A program made the translations under genes and the position numbers. From Octopus bimaculoides (taxonomy: Eukaryota): a stretch of 45,987 nt of DNA. How positions within the stretch are numbered: position 1 is the stretch's first letter; each line of letters starts with the position of its first letter. Below, piece after piece: positions 23,796-34,823 of the stretch. The notes beneath the pieces were generated by a model, which was not told the DNA's origin, did no database searches, and was given only the letters and a program-made list of their open reading frames with translations. Location: assembly GCF_001194135.2 (NCBI RefSeq), contig NC_068987.1, forward strand, positions 95,277,977 through 95,323,963, given 5' to 3'.

Positions 23796-25017
23796 AGATG
23801 CCACTTCGTTATAAACCATCCTACAATTTAATATTACAGAAAATCGACTCTGAGTTTGAATTAACTAACTTGGTGTGGAAGCCTTTAACAGGGATGTTCT
23901 CAGAAAGCACTTATGAACACCTTGACAACCAGAATTTACTGAAAGCCTATGAAATGATTCCTCATTCATCGATAAGTGAATCTGTCAGAATATTCAGTAT
24001 TGTAGACGACATAAGAGAGTTAATTAGCTATAGCATGAAGAAATGGAAGTAGATAATCTACTCAGATGGTATAACCTTAAAGATGGTAAATATCAAGAGA
24101 GGAATTTTCCAAGGGGACTCGTTATCTCTTTTAATATTTGTGTTATGCTTAATACTCAGTTTAGTATTATGAAAGACAAATGCAGGATAACAGTTTGGAA
24201 ATAGTAAAGAAAACAATTAACCATTTTCTCTACATGTACGATCTGAAGCTTTTTAGTTAGAGTAAAAAAAAAGAGATAGATTCTTCAATAGAAACTGTGA
24301 CACTCTTCAGCAAAAATGTAGGCATGGAATTTGACAAGGATAAGCATGCAATATTAGTCATGAAAAAGAGACAGTCAGTAGGGAACGCACCTATGTATGC
24401 TGGCTCAGAAAGAATACAAGAAAAGACAAACTAGGGAGAGTAATCCATTGGCAGTTATGTAGAATGCTAGGGTTTGACCATACTGGTAAATGGTATGAAC
24501 ATGAACTTCGTAAGTTGTTTCAAAGTAAGAAATATCAGATGTGTGACTTTAACATTCAGACGAAATAATAGAAGTAGAAGGCCTAATTTAGTAGCAGCAG
24601 CAGCAGCAGCAGTAGTAGTGGTAGTAGTAGTAGCAGTAGCAGCAGCAGCCAAGGAAAATAAATTGCCAGATAATTGACTTTACAGTCCCACATGTTGAAA
24701 AAGGCAATATGAGAAGTATAGACAAAGATAGCAAAGAACCAGGACCTAACCATTGAATTACAGAGGATATGTAAAGCGCGGGTAAAATGTAACCCTGTAA
24801 TTATAGCGGTATTAGGAACTATTACTAAAAATTCGAACAGATGGATAATGGAAATAGTCATTAACCCTAGTTTAATGCAGCACCACAAAACAATATTATT
24901 CGAGATAGCTAGGGTACTTAGGAAGTTTCTTGGCATCTAAGATTACTTGTAGCCCGATGTCAGGATTTTTTTTTTCCAACAGTCTAATCTGTTGTGCGCA
25001 AATGAAATAACAAATAG
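23796..25017 (+). mobile_element. R4/Dong-like LINE relic: RT and RLE segments with large internal deletions
   Basis: Reads WKPLTGMFSESTYEHLDNQNLL/KAYEMIPHSSI, IKRGIFQGDSLSLLIFVLCL, INHFLYMYDLKLF (degenerate YMDD) and ETVTLFSKNVGMEFDKDKHAILVMKK. After an AGC/AGT tract it reads IIDFTVP..QDLTIELQRI..PVIIAVLGTI..ILFEIARVLRKFLGI* (TAA at 24938-24940). Confidence 0.9.
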
Positions 25018-25020
25018 TCA

Positions 25021-25195
25021 TTCAGTTCTATATTTAAGAGATGAGGAATTATGTACATTATTTACATTTGACCGATATTTGCTCTCATCTTGTTTGTATT
25101 TAACATAACGTTTCGGTTTATATACCCTTCAGCACTCATCATGTGTCATGGGGGAAATTTCGAACCTGGGTTCTCATTCCTAAGCTATTTTTCGA
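25021..25195 (-). mobile_element. Hammerhead-bearing repeat module, inverted and degenerate copy
   Basis: The reverse complement aligns with 25870-26005 (ATCGAAAAATA.CTTAGGAATGAGAAC.CAGGTTC.AAATTTCCCC..GACAC.TGATGA..CCGAAAC.TT.TGTT..ACAAACAA.ATGAG..CAAATATC.GTC.AATGTAAATAATGTA). The core reads ATGATGA (C3 changed to A) and stem II is eroded. Confidence 0.85.
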
Positions 25196-25206
25196 TGTTG
25201 TTGTTG

Positions 25207-25283
<77 letters not shown>
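25196..25283. repeat. (TTG)/(TTA)n microsatellite
   Basis: Direct reading. Confidence 0.98.
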
Positions 25284-25287
<4 letters not shown>

Positions 25288-25366
25288 TCATATGGCGCAG
25301 TGCTTAAGAGCGCGGGCTACTAACCCCAAGATTCCGAGTTCGATTTCAGACAGTGACCTGAATAAT
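25284..25366 (+). mobile_element. tRNA-like (Pol III) SINE head bounded by a 13-bp inverted repeat
   Basis: A-box TGGCGCAGTGCTTAAG, anticodon-like loop CTACTAA and B-box GAGTTCGATTTC. ATTATTCAGGTCA (25278-25290) is the reverse complement of TGACCTGAATAAT (25354-25366). Confidence 0.8.
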
Positions 25367-25625
25367 GCCANNNNNNNNNNNNNNNNNNNNNNNNNNNNNN
25401 NNNNNNNNNNNNNNNNNNNNNNNNNNNNNNNNNNNNNNNNNNNNNNNNNNNNNNNNNNNNNNNNNNNNNNNNNNNNNNNNNNNNNNNNNNNNNNNNNNNN
25501 NNNNNNNNNNNNNNNNNNNNNNNNNNNNNNNNNNNNNNNNNNNNNNNNNNNNNNNNNNNNNNNNNNNNNNNNNNNNNNNNNNNNNNNNNNNNNNNNNNNN
25601 NNNNNNNNNNNNNNNNNNNNNNNNN

Positions 25626-25869
25626 TAGGTATAATAAAAAAAATATTCAGACAAATACATAACAAAAACACCAGGACTTACAAATATATATAACATACAG
25701 AAAATTGCACTACTGGGTACTGCACACATTCTACGCAAAACACTTTCAATACAGTAAACATAAGAGCACCACAGCAATCCACAGCACATACCCAAGGCGC
25801 ACAGAGCTGCGCTCGATAGTGAAGTGAAAGCACGTTATAAAAATAAAACTACTGAACAATAATAATAAT
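25626..25869 (+). mobile_element. R4/Dong-like LINE 3' end, second near-identical copy of ~845-1097
   Basis: Only a few differences from the first copy. Reads IQKIALLGTAHILRKTLSIQ*, then UTR and AAT tail. Confidence 0.93.
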
Positions 25870-26005
25870 ATCGAAAAATACCTTAGGAATGAGAACACAG
25901 GTTCAAAATTTCCCCAAGACACCTGATGAAGGCTGGAGAGTATATCAGCCGAAACATTGTGTTATCAACAAACAAAATGAGGACAAATATCCGTCTAATG
26001 TAAAT
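25870..26005 (+). mobile_element. Hammerhead-bearing repeat module
   Basis: Starts directly at an AAT tract and is homologous to 25021-25195 on the minus strand. Confidence 0.85.
25918..25963 (+). ncRNA. Minimal type I hammerhead ribozyme motif (Penelope-type); cleavage site mutated
   Basis: Stem I GACAC/GTGTT; core CTGATGA (25923-25929); extra A; stem II GGCTG-10 nt-CAGCC; GAAAC (25951-25955); then ATT, where the inverted copy has GTT (palindromic AACGTT stem III). Confidence 0.75.
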
Positions 26006-26074
26006 AATGTAAATGATAGCCAATGCTGCTGCTGCGGTTGTGAGCCGTTAAAGTCGTTAACATGTCGGACACAA

Positions 26075-26162
26075 TACTCAGTGGCATTTCTTCCAGGTCT
26101 ATGTTCTAAGTTCAAATACTGCCGAGTTGAAATTTGCCTTTCATTTTTTCGGGGTCGATAGA
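26075..26162 (+). mobile_element. SINE family A fragment
   Basis: GTTCTAAGTTCAAATACTGCCGAG..TTTGCCTTTCAT..TTCGGGGTCGATA. Confidence 0.75.
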
Positions 26163-27424
26163 ACAAAAAACTACATAAGTACTGTAAAGAAAGAGGCAAC
26201 AGGAGATACACATCCAGCATTGAAACTAGTAGTCTCCGGGGAGACGTAAGGGGGTGGTGGACATTTAGACGAAGTACACTGTCCGCTACATAAATACATA
26301 AGGCTTGCACTCAAACCTGTCAATAGAGAACCAATAGGGATACTACGACAAATAGAAATACACGCGGCGGGGAGGACTCAGCTACATAAGTCACAATATA
26401 TTCACAACGGCATAAAAGTGGCGGCGATGTGAGATAGTTTCATGGGTTTAGAAACTTTAATTGGAGACATGTCCAACACGTTGTTGCTAGCCATGAAAAC
26501 TCAAGCCAAACATTAGTGTACTCTCAAGCTGGAGATGTCGACCACGAATGATGTGGCTTAGAGCAAATGTCAGGCAGATGCCGAACGAATTATATAAAAA
26601 TATATATATTGATATTAAAACTGACATAACTGTCCGATACAGTTATATTTTGAACTTTCACCTTGATATTCAATCTTCCAGATGGATAGAAAAAAGTTAC
26701 TGTAAAACTAGGATACACATAATGGAATGTTCTCACGGTCTATTTTTGTGTCTTACTGCTTAAGTTAAAAATCTTCTAATATTTCGAAGAGTTTAAATAT
26801 TAAAGTTAATTCTAATTCCCAGTGGATCATAGTTATTTCGACATGGCCAATGTAATCAAACAGCACAATAACCCGCAATCAATGGCATTGTTGTTTTATT
26901 AATAGGGCTGTTGTCCTTGTTTTTATAGATGCCGTTGTATCTGATGTTCTTTTTTTTCCTGTTTATTATAATTCTACTAAAGGATAATTAATATTACGAA
27001 TAATTGTGGGAATGTCATTGTTATTACTCCTGCCTTTAATATTGATCAATTAATCAATTTATTATTTAAGTCTAAAAATGAGATACTTAAAGGAATGTGC
27101 AGCACACACCTGCATACAAACAGCTACAGTATCTATCTCACCTTCTATTTAGAGCAAATGTGAGCGTACACAGATGCAAATGTGCGCACACGCCCATACA
27201 CATGGGCACACACACACACACGCAAACACACAAATACGCACAGAATTTGAGGTCCAATGATTGCTATACAAAGCTGTAGAAATATCTGTGTAGACCAATG
27301 CAAGTCAAATGCTTTCAACATAGAAAGTGCAGAGTGTTTTGTATGAGTGAAACATGTATAAGAACATATGCACACTCACCCACGCAAATGTGTATATATA
27401 CAGATACATAACTACCTGTTTCTC

Positions 27425-27456
<32 letters not shown>

Positions 27457-28231
27457 NNNNNNNNNNNNNNNNNNNNNNNNNNNNNNNNNNNNNNNNNNNN
27501 NNNNNNNNNNNNNNNNNNNNNNNNNNNNNNNNNNNNNNNNNNNNNNNNNNNNNNNNNNNNNNNNNNNNNNNNNNNNNNNNNNNNNNNNNNNNNNNNNNNN
27601 NNNNNNNNNNNNNNNNNNNNNNNNNNNNNNNNNNNNNNNNNNNNNNNNNNNNNNNNNNNNNNNNNNNNNNNNNNNNNNNNNNNNNNNNNNNNNNNNNNNN
27701 NNNNNNNNNNNNNNNNNNNNNNNNNNNNNNNNNNNNNNNNNNNNNNNNNNNNNNNNNNNNNNNNNNNNNNNNNNNNNNNNNNNNNNNNNNNNNNNNNNNN
27801 NNNNNNNNNNNNNNNNNNNNNNNNNNNNNNNNNNNNNNNNNNNNNNNNNNNNNNNNNNNNNNNNNNNNNNNNNNNNNNNNNNNNNNNNNNNNNNNNNNNN
27901 NNNNNNNNNNNNNNNNNNNNNNNNNNNNNNNNNNNNNNNNNNNNNNNNNNNNNNNNNNNNNNNNNNNNNNNNNNNNNNNNNNNNNNNNNNNNNNNNNNNN
28001 NNNNNNNNNNNNNNNNNNNNNNNNNNNNNNNNNNNNNNNNNNNNNNNNNNNNNNNNNNNNNNNNNNNNNNNNNNNNNNNNNNNNNNNNNNNNNNNNNNNN
28101 NNNNNNNNNNNNNNNNNNNNNNNNNNNNNNNNNNNNNNNNNNNNNNNNNNNNNNNNNNNNNNNNNNNNNNNNNNNNNNNNNNNNNNNNNNNNNNNNNNNN
28201 NNNNNNNNATGTGTGTGTATTTATATGTATA

Positions 28232-28270
<39 letters not shown>

Positions 28271-28271
28271 C

Positions 28272-28695
28272 TACAGGGTGCGGTGAATAAACTGTCGTCT
28301 AAATTACGCAAAATTGAAAATAAAACTGACATCTCATTTTAACAGATATATTTACCAAAATTACATACAAATATCTTGAAATACTAAAGAGTAAATTCAT
28401 TTAACAAAATCGCCATTGGCTTCAAGCACGGCCTCCAGACGACTTGGGAATCTCCTGCAACTCTTCTGGATGGTCTCCTTGTTTAAGTTGGTGAATCTTG
28501 TCATAATTCTTGTCTTCAGTTCATCTTTGGTGTTACAAGTTTTGTTGGTCTCTCGCTCAACTGCATCCCACAATAATAATCAGATGTTAGGGGTGATGTG
28601 GTCGCAGAAATTGTCTGATAGCAATGACTGGGTTCTCCTGCTTGTGCTGCATGGTGCAGAGTCCTCTTTCCAGTCATAGGGTCTTACATGTCAAC
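28272..28695 (-). mobile_element. Tc1/mariner-superfamily transposon, 3' part with terminal inverted repeat
   Basis: TA + CAGGGTGCGGTGAATAAA end at 28272. The minus strand gives DSAPCSTSRRTQSLLSDNFCDHITPNI, a deletion of the expected WPPNSPD.NPL motif, then WDAVERETNKTCNTKDELKTRIMTRFTNLNKETIQKSCRRFPSRLEAVLEANGDFVK*. Confidence 0.9.
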
Positions 28696-29975
28696 AGGTT
28701 GTAGTCCTTAGATTGATACCCACCAGGGGTGATAGGAGTTTGTATGCAACGCATGCACTGCGTGCTTGCTTTACTTTTTCCCCAGGATGAATAAATTTTG
28801 TGTAATATAAAATTTATTATCGATAATTTTCACTAACCTCATTGCCCTTGTGATATCTTATCGAATTCTCCATTCCCTCATTTCTTGGTATAAATCGTAA
28901 ACAATCGATATAATTTAAGATGTCTAAGTAGAAAAACATCTTGTTTTCTTAGTGAGAAAAGAAAGCAATGAATTAGTTGCTCTCCTCTTCACTTCAAGCA
29001 GGGAGCATGAAGGGAGAATAAAACAAATGAGAGAAGGAAATGAAAGAAGCAGATGAGTAAATGGCAAAGGCAAGCAGAGTTTTTCTTCATTTAGTTATTA
29101 TTTTATTCGTATTTTATTATTCTCTCCGAAAAGAGAAGTGAGAACGAGAGACAAGAGGAATGATATGGATGTCAAAAAGAGTAAGACAGTGAAAAGCATT
29201 TCCTTTACTGCTTGCTTCCAGCCAGCAGTTACTCTGTCAACGTATTCTGGTTTAAGCACCCCATATAAGCTCTCATTACTATCTATTTGAATTTTTCAGA
29301 AAATTTCTGCAAATATGTGTTCTAAACGCAGTCATTTATACAATTATACAAAAAAGTTACTTTATTGCGTGTTTGATTTAAAGGCGATTTAGCTGTTGCT
29401 TTTAGCACATTGCACAACCACTTGATACCTCCTAGTCTCATTGCCACTCTGACGTGTATCTCTTTTTCAATATTTCTCTCCCCATAAACACATTTAATAG
29501 AATGATGATGCACACAAGGGTGGTCCACTGTAGGGATTTAAACAAAAAATTACGCAGTCCGTATTTTGAACTCTGATTTTAAAAAAAAACATTCGAAAAA
29601 GAGTGAAAGTTTTAAGATTGGTGGGGTTTTAAAGCGTGAATGGAAAAAAGATTGCTTCTTTCATAATCGTAGGAATTTCTGTGCGTACAATACAAATTCG
29701 AAAAATTTTACTGAAAATTACAGAAAAAAAAAATATGAAGGATTATATGAGTTACTTAACCTGCGCATGTATATATAGGCTCCATGTATTCAGCATAGTA
29801 CATAGACGATTGTTTGAATATTATTCTAAAAAATATTATTCTGAAAAAGCACATGTGCCGAAGTGTAACTCAAAAAGCCCGCCTCTTTCATGGATATATA
29901 GGGATAAACTATCGTCTATGTACTATGCTCGTCGGGGTATGTCGATTTTTGTTTATTTTTATGTGTCTTGACCAT

Positions 29976-30038
29976 ACGTGTACTGATGAATAAAAGATAC
30001 AGATTACTGCGTTGATTATGAAACCATTGGTTTACCGT
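29976..30038 (+). ncRNA. Candidate degenerate hammerhead ribozyme motif
   Basis: CTGATGA (29983-29989); weak stem II ATAA/TTAT; GAAA (30020-30023); quasi-palindromic stem III ACCA-T-TGGT; GTT triplet; stem I ACGTGTA/TACCGT with one bulge. Confidence 0.4.
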
Positions 30039-30205
30039 TAAGTTAAACGTTTTTAGGGTTTAGCTTTGAGAGTTGCATCCCCTCGCAATCGGTAAAAATG
30101 TGTTTATTATAGTAGTTTNNNNNNNNNNNNNNNNNNNNNNNNNNNNNNNNNNNNNNNNNNNNNNNNNNNNNNNNNNNNNNNNNNNNNNNNNNNNNNNNNN
30201 NNNNN

Positions 30206-30246
<41 letters not shown>

Positions 30247-31129
30247 ATTATATACACACACAATTGAATTGTATGTAGGATGAACCAACAAGTTAACTGC
30301 AAGGTAAGGAATAGTGCGTATAGCTTATGATGTACTGAGAGACGATACAGAAACTTGACAACTACTTAGATTGCAGAGACATCACGCAGCATAGGAGAGT
30401 GTATAGATGTTCACTGGCGAGAGCTCAAAAGAAGAAAGGCTTGTCAGTGCTCTACCAACATGGTCAAACAGAACATAGAGGCTCAGTCAATAGCATAGAG
30501 ACCAATTATCAACACATAGAACTAACACGGCGCTTAGATCACAGAGGCTACACACATAGCAGTAGAAAGACCAAGCCTCAACAGAAAACACGAATGGAAC
30601 AATAACACTCACCATCACACCACACATGAGGACTAAAGACTGAAGGGAGAAAACCACAAATGCAATCAGCGTAATACACATACAATAGACATATATGTCT
30701 ATGATAAATAGTAAAAAATATATATACATAAAAACTGTATAAAGGGCATGGTTACAAACAACATAGGAAGCGAACCTATATGCACACGAAAACACATACT
30801 TTACAGACAGCCGCAACAATATCAACAAAACGACAATGACAACAACAACAACTACAACTACTACTACAACTGCCACGATGGCAGCACCATGGGCGAACAC
30901 ACAAACACAGTGAGTTACAAGAACGGTACAACAAGTCGGGTTCAAGGGAAGCAGCAAAGGGTTAGGAGGTAAGGTTGAGGGGAGGGTTATAGTGCTACTA
31001 AGAACAATGACACATGCACATGTACACACACATATACACACAAACAAACACAGACGCATACGCATATAAGGATACAAATCTCAGAAGAACAGAATGGAAT
31101 AAGCAGAGCAAGAGCACACGCAAAGACGG

Positions 31130-31287
31130 AAAGTGTCACTATAGAAGTCACAGGTGTGTGACGAATGATTTCCGGACAATGGACATGATTTAGAATAAGA
31201 ACAGTAACAAACGAGTGAAGACCGAATATATAGTGCGTGTGTTTATTTGGCAAAAAAATTACTATCCCGAAATACAATATATATATA
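31130..31287 (+). mobile_element. Degenerate copy of the hammerhead-bearing repeat at 34660-34858
   Basis: Keeps the GTCACA..TGTGAC stem followed by GAA, and the TA.AGTGCGTGTGTTT.TTGGC..A.(C/T)ATCCC.AA.TACAA tail ending in (TA)n. The core is mutated (CTATAGA, GAAT). Confidence 0.6.
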
Positions 31288-32416
31288 NNNNNNNNNNNNN
31301 NNNNNNNNNNNNNNNNNNNNNNNNNNNNNNNNNNNNNNNNNNNNNNNNNNNNNNNNNNNNNNNNNNNNNNNNNNNNNNNNNNNNNNNNNNNNNNNNNNNN
31401 NNNNNNNNNNNNNNNNNNNNNNNNNNNNNNNNNNNNNNNNNNNNNNNNNNNNNNNNNNNNNNNNNNNNNNNNNNNNNNNNNNNNNNNNNNNNNNNNNNNN
31501 NNNNNNNNNNAAAGCATGATCTGGTTTTCACGTTTTCTATTATTGTATTACAAAAATTTTTTTACAATGTTGAAGAGTGTTAAACATTAGAAGAATATTT
31601 TGTAATGTTCATAAAGTTCAATTAGCGCTTTCATACGTTCGTATTAATCATCAGATTTCAGCTGTAGTAAAATGACTGATTTCTTCCTTTTTATACGTCT
31701 TACAAGTATCCAACAAGCTGAATTTTTGGAATACGGTTTTGACCAATCCGCATGCATCTTAAACGTTATGGTTTGCCGGGTGCACCAATATTACTGGCAT
31801 CCGTCTTCATTTTAACTAATTAGCTTGCGGTTTAGATGTAAAGGTTTTTATGAGTGAACAAACTTGGTTGGTTTCGGTCGTTATTATTTCAATTTGAGGA
31901 AGTTTATATTCGTATGTTAAAGATATGTTTAATCCACATCATTAACTGGTTGTTATATCATTGTTGTTATTTCCGTTCAGAACGGGTTTGAACATTTTAA
32001 TAAAACAAGGACTGTTCCGCAAGCTATTTTTTCAGTTTGTGTATAGAAAAATAGCAAATTAAAGGATACAGCTTCATTTTTATATAAGATGAATAATAAA
32101 TAACATTCAAAAAGTAATGAATACACAATATAACGAAAAGTATTAAATATAACCGTTACTAGATTTGGATGTATAAACTTTCTCGTATAAGTTGCACACA
32201 CGCTCGTATACTTACACACGCTCGAACAAACATCCACGAAAATCTAAGCATATGACCGCGCGTGGTTTGGCGCACAAACGCTCTCACAGCAAATTAAATA
32301 ACCACAAACTGTTTATAAGAGTAGAGAAGCTAGAGTTAAATTTAATCTATAACTTAAGGTAAATAATGATCATTAATTTGGTTAACGGTTACTGAAATTT
32401 ATTCCCACTGCATTGT

Positions 32417-32975
32417 GTGAAAGTACATTTATAAGCATGTAAGCAACTTCAGAGACTTTCAGAAATTCTATTAACGATCTTCCCATTGATCCACAAAATA
32501 GGCAGGTATTCCTCGTAGCAGAATCAACATCTAGAAAGGATACTGTATGGTTGTGCGTGCCTTATTATGGATCAAGTTACATAATATTTACTTTTATCTT
32601 CTGTAAGACGCCACACTAAATCAGCCAAAGATGTTGAATGTCGCTTGTGGATTTTCTTGAACCTGGCGACATAGTTGCAATAACGATCCTGGAATGAATC
32701 AGCCGTTACCCCAATGTAAATGTAAGTTCTTCCCCTTGTGTGTACGGTACATTCATGTACAAGATTCGTACTCATACAGAGGTTTATCAATAAGGATTTT
32801 GATTTTTCTGTGCATGAACATTTATTAGATTTAGTTGTATATGGGGCAGTTCAATTTTCATTGCCCGAGGTTGTGACCGTATTGACGATATCACTATATT
32901 TGCAAAAATGCGCATCAAAATACCAAGAAAGGAGATATAAACCAGAATGAAAAACACCCGCTGCGGCTGCATCGT
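32417..32975 (-). mobile_element. Penelope-like element relic, GIY-YIG endonuclease region
   Basis: The minus strand reads KCSCTEKSKSLLINLCMSTNLVHECTVHTRGRTYIYIGVTADSFQDRYCNYVARFKKIHKRHSTSLADLVWRL..SIIRHAQPYSILSRC*FCYEE..NRISESL*SCLHAYK. This matches Penelope CNC..CPL.G.CL..VY..YIG.T..FK.RY.NH..T.LS.Y.W..C.LC..E..CRH.NK. Confidence 0.9.
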
Positions 32976-33004
32976 TGTGGTAGCAATAATGGTAATTGCA
33001 ATAA

Positions 33005-33105
33005 GAATGAAAGGCAGCGTCAGTGGAATTTGAACTCAGACTGTAAAGATAGATGAAATGACGCTCAGCAATTTGTCTAACGTCTCTGCCAGCTCACCTC
33101 CTTAT
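33005..33105 (-). mobile_element. SINE family A, 5' half, degenerate
   Basis: GAATGAAAGGCA..GTGGAATTTGAACTCAGA..TCTGCCAGCTCACC. Confidence 0.7.
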
Positions 33106-33153
33106 ATGTTTATAAATAGTGATATCTAAAAGCAAATATATATATATATATAT

Positions 33154-33215
<62 letters not shown>

Positions 33216-34659
33216 ACACACACACGTATATATATATAATACATATCTTTTATCGGATGATTGTAAGCTAGTCCTTTAATTGGAATTATTTCCAAAGATT
33301 TCTAATGTGTTTTCTTCATACTTTAGTTTTGAATTTACTTATATGAATTCGTATAGGTATGAAAGCTTGTATAGAAATAATCAGTATATGATTTAATTTA
33401 TCAAACAACGTACAACATATTCATTCATATTTATGAAATGGTGGAGATATGATGTCAAAATGGATTATAGTTTTTATTTTTCTTGCTGCTATACAATCGT
33501 TTCGTACAAAAAGACTCAGATATTCATAAATAGAAAATCGTAATAGTCATGTTTGTACTCGTCAGCAGCTGATATAAAAACTGAAAAAGATGTTTGAAGT
33601 ACATAGATTTTCTCTGATTTATCATTTTGGGATTAGTGTATTCGTTCTTTGCAGTCATGTATATTTTTTATCAAATAGGCATGATTGGAAGAACGAATAC
33701 ACTAATCTCAAAATGATAACAATGAGAAAATCTATATACTTCAGACATCTTTTTCAGTTTTTATATCGGCTACTGATATTGTTTGGTGGATTATTGTTAC
33801 AACAAATGGGCATTTATTTCATATTATTTTGTTTTTAAAAGGAGACGTTAAAAAGAAGACATATTCTCTCTTTCCAGAGAACTGAATCAATGTTGCATGA
33901 GAAGTAAGGTTTTTTTCCCAGCGGAAATATATTTAATTAATTGAGTGGACATACATTGCGGTCACGGCCTCAGCTTGAAGTGTGTATTCATTATATTACA
34001 CGCTGATTACATCATTCATTGAAGTATTTTTAGTTTTTAGTTTGTTTTTCTTGTTTTTTTACAGGCCACAATTTTTTACTTGATAATGTATTATATTCTT
34101 CAACGTAATTAATCCCAGAATATAATTATAAATTATTTCATTGATGCTATTCAAAGGACCAAAGTCAACGCTGATGTTATTTGAATTGATTAAATTTATT
34201 GCTACTATGCAATTAGTCCATTTTCATAGATTTGATCTGATGATGAATTTAACAATAACCCCCAGCTGGTTACTGGGTGACTGTAACCCTTCATTTGAAA
34301 AAAGTCCCAGGTTTGAGGAAGAAGATGCACTACTACTGATCGGAGAACCAGTGTACCATGGTTTATTTTCACCCACTTATCTGAGAGTCTCTGCAAAAGT
34401 TTATGGCTTTCCACGCCAGACTAAGTCATATAAAAGTAAAGTCTTTCCTTGCGCAGCTCATTTCACAATCATTTTAATAGTGCATAAAATAAAGAAACCT
34501 AGAGACAACAGCAGCAGAAAAACCAAGATGCAGAAAATAATGTGTGTGTGTGTGTGTATGTGCGAGTATGTATATAACTATATATATATATATTTGTTTT
34601 GCACAGGAATACAAAATACAAAATGGCTGATAGTTAGCAAGGTGAGACACACATAAGAA

Positions 34660-34823
34660 AGAAGGAAACAAAGGACCACTGATGAGGTCACAGAAGTGTG
34701 ACGAAAGAACTCTGGCCGAAATAAGATTAAGATTAATGTAATATAAAGCTGAAGCAAATTAACACCAAATATACAGTGCGTGTGTTTTTATTGGCTAAAC
34801 TGGCAATATGACCATCCCCAAGT

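Noticed and set aside
25284-25366. Possible genuine tRNA-Ser(ACT) gene
   Set aside because: The anticodon stem has only 3 pairs, the anticodon is atypical and the context is repeat-derived. Treated as a SINE head; the same applies to 5743-5815 and 13724-13790.
27354-28332. Long ORFs of 170-410 aa across N gaps (also at 6.8-7.5, 34.8-35.3 and 38-39.2 kb)
   Set aside because: They are open only because N runs and dinucleotide repeats contain no stop codons.
31630-31665. Minus-strand CTGATGA..GAACGT downstream of the Penelope relic
   Set aside because: GAAA is incomplete and there is no stem I or stem II.
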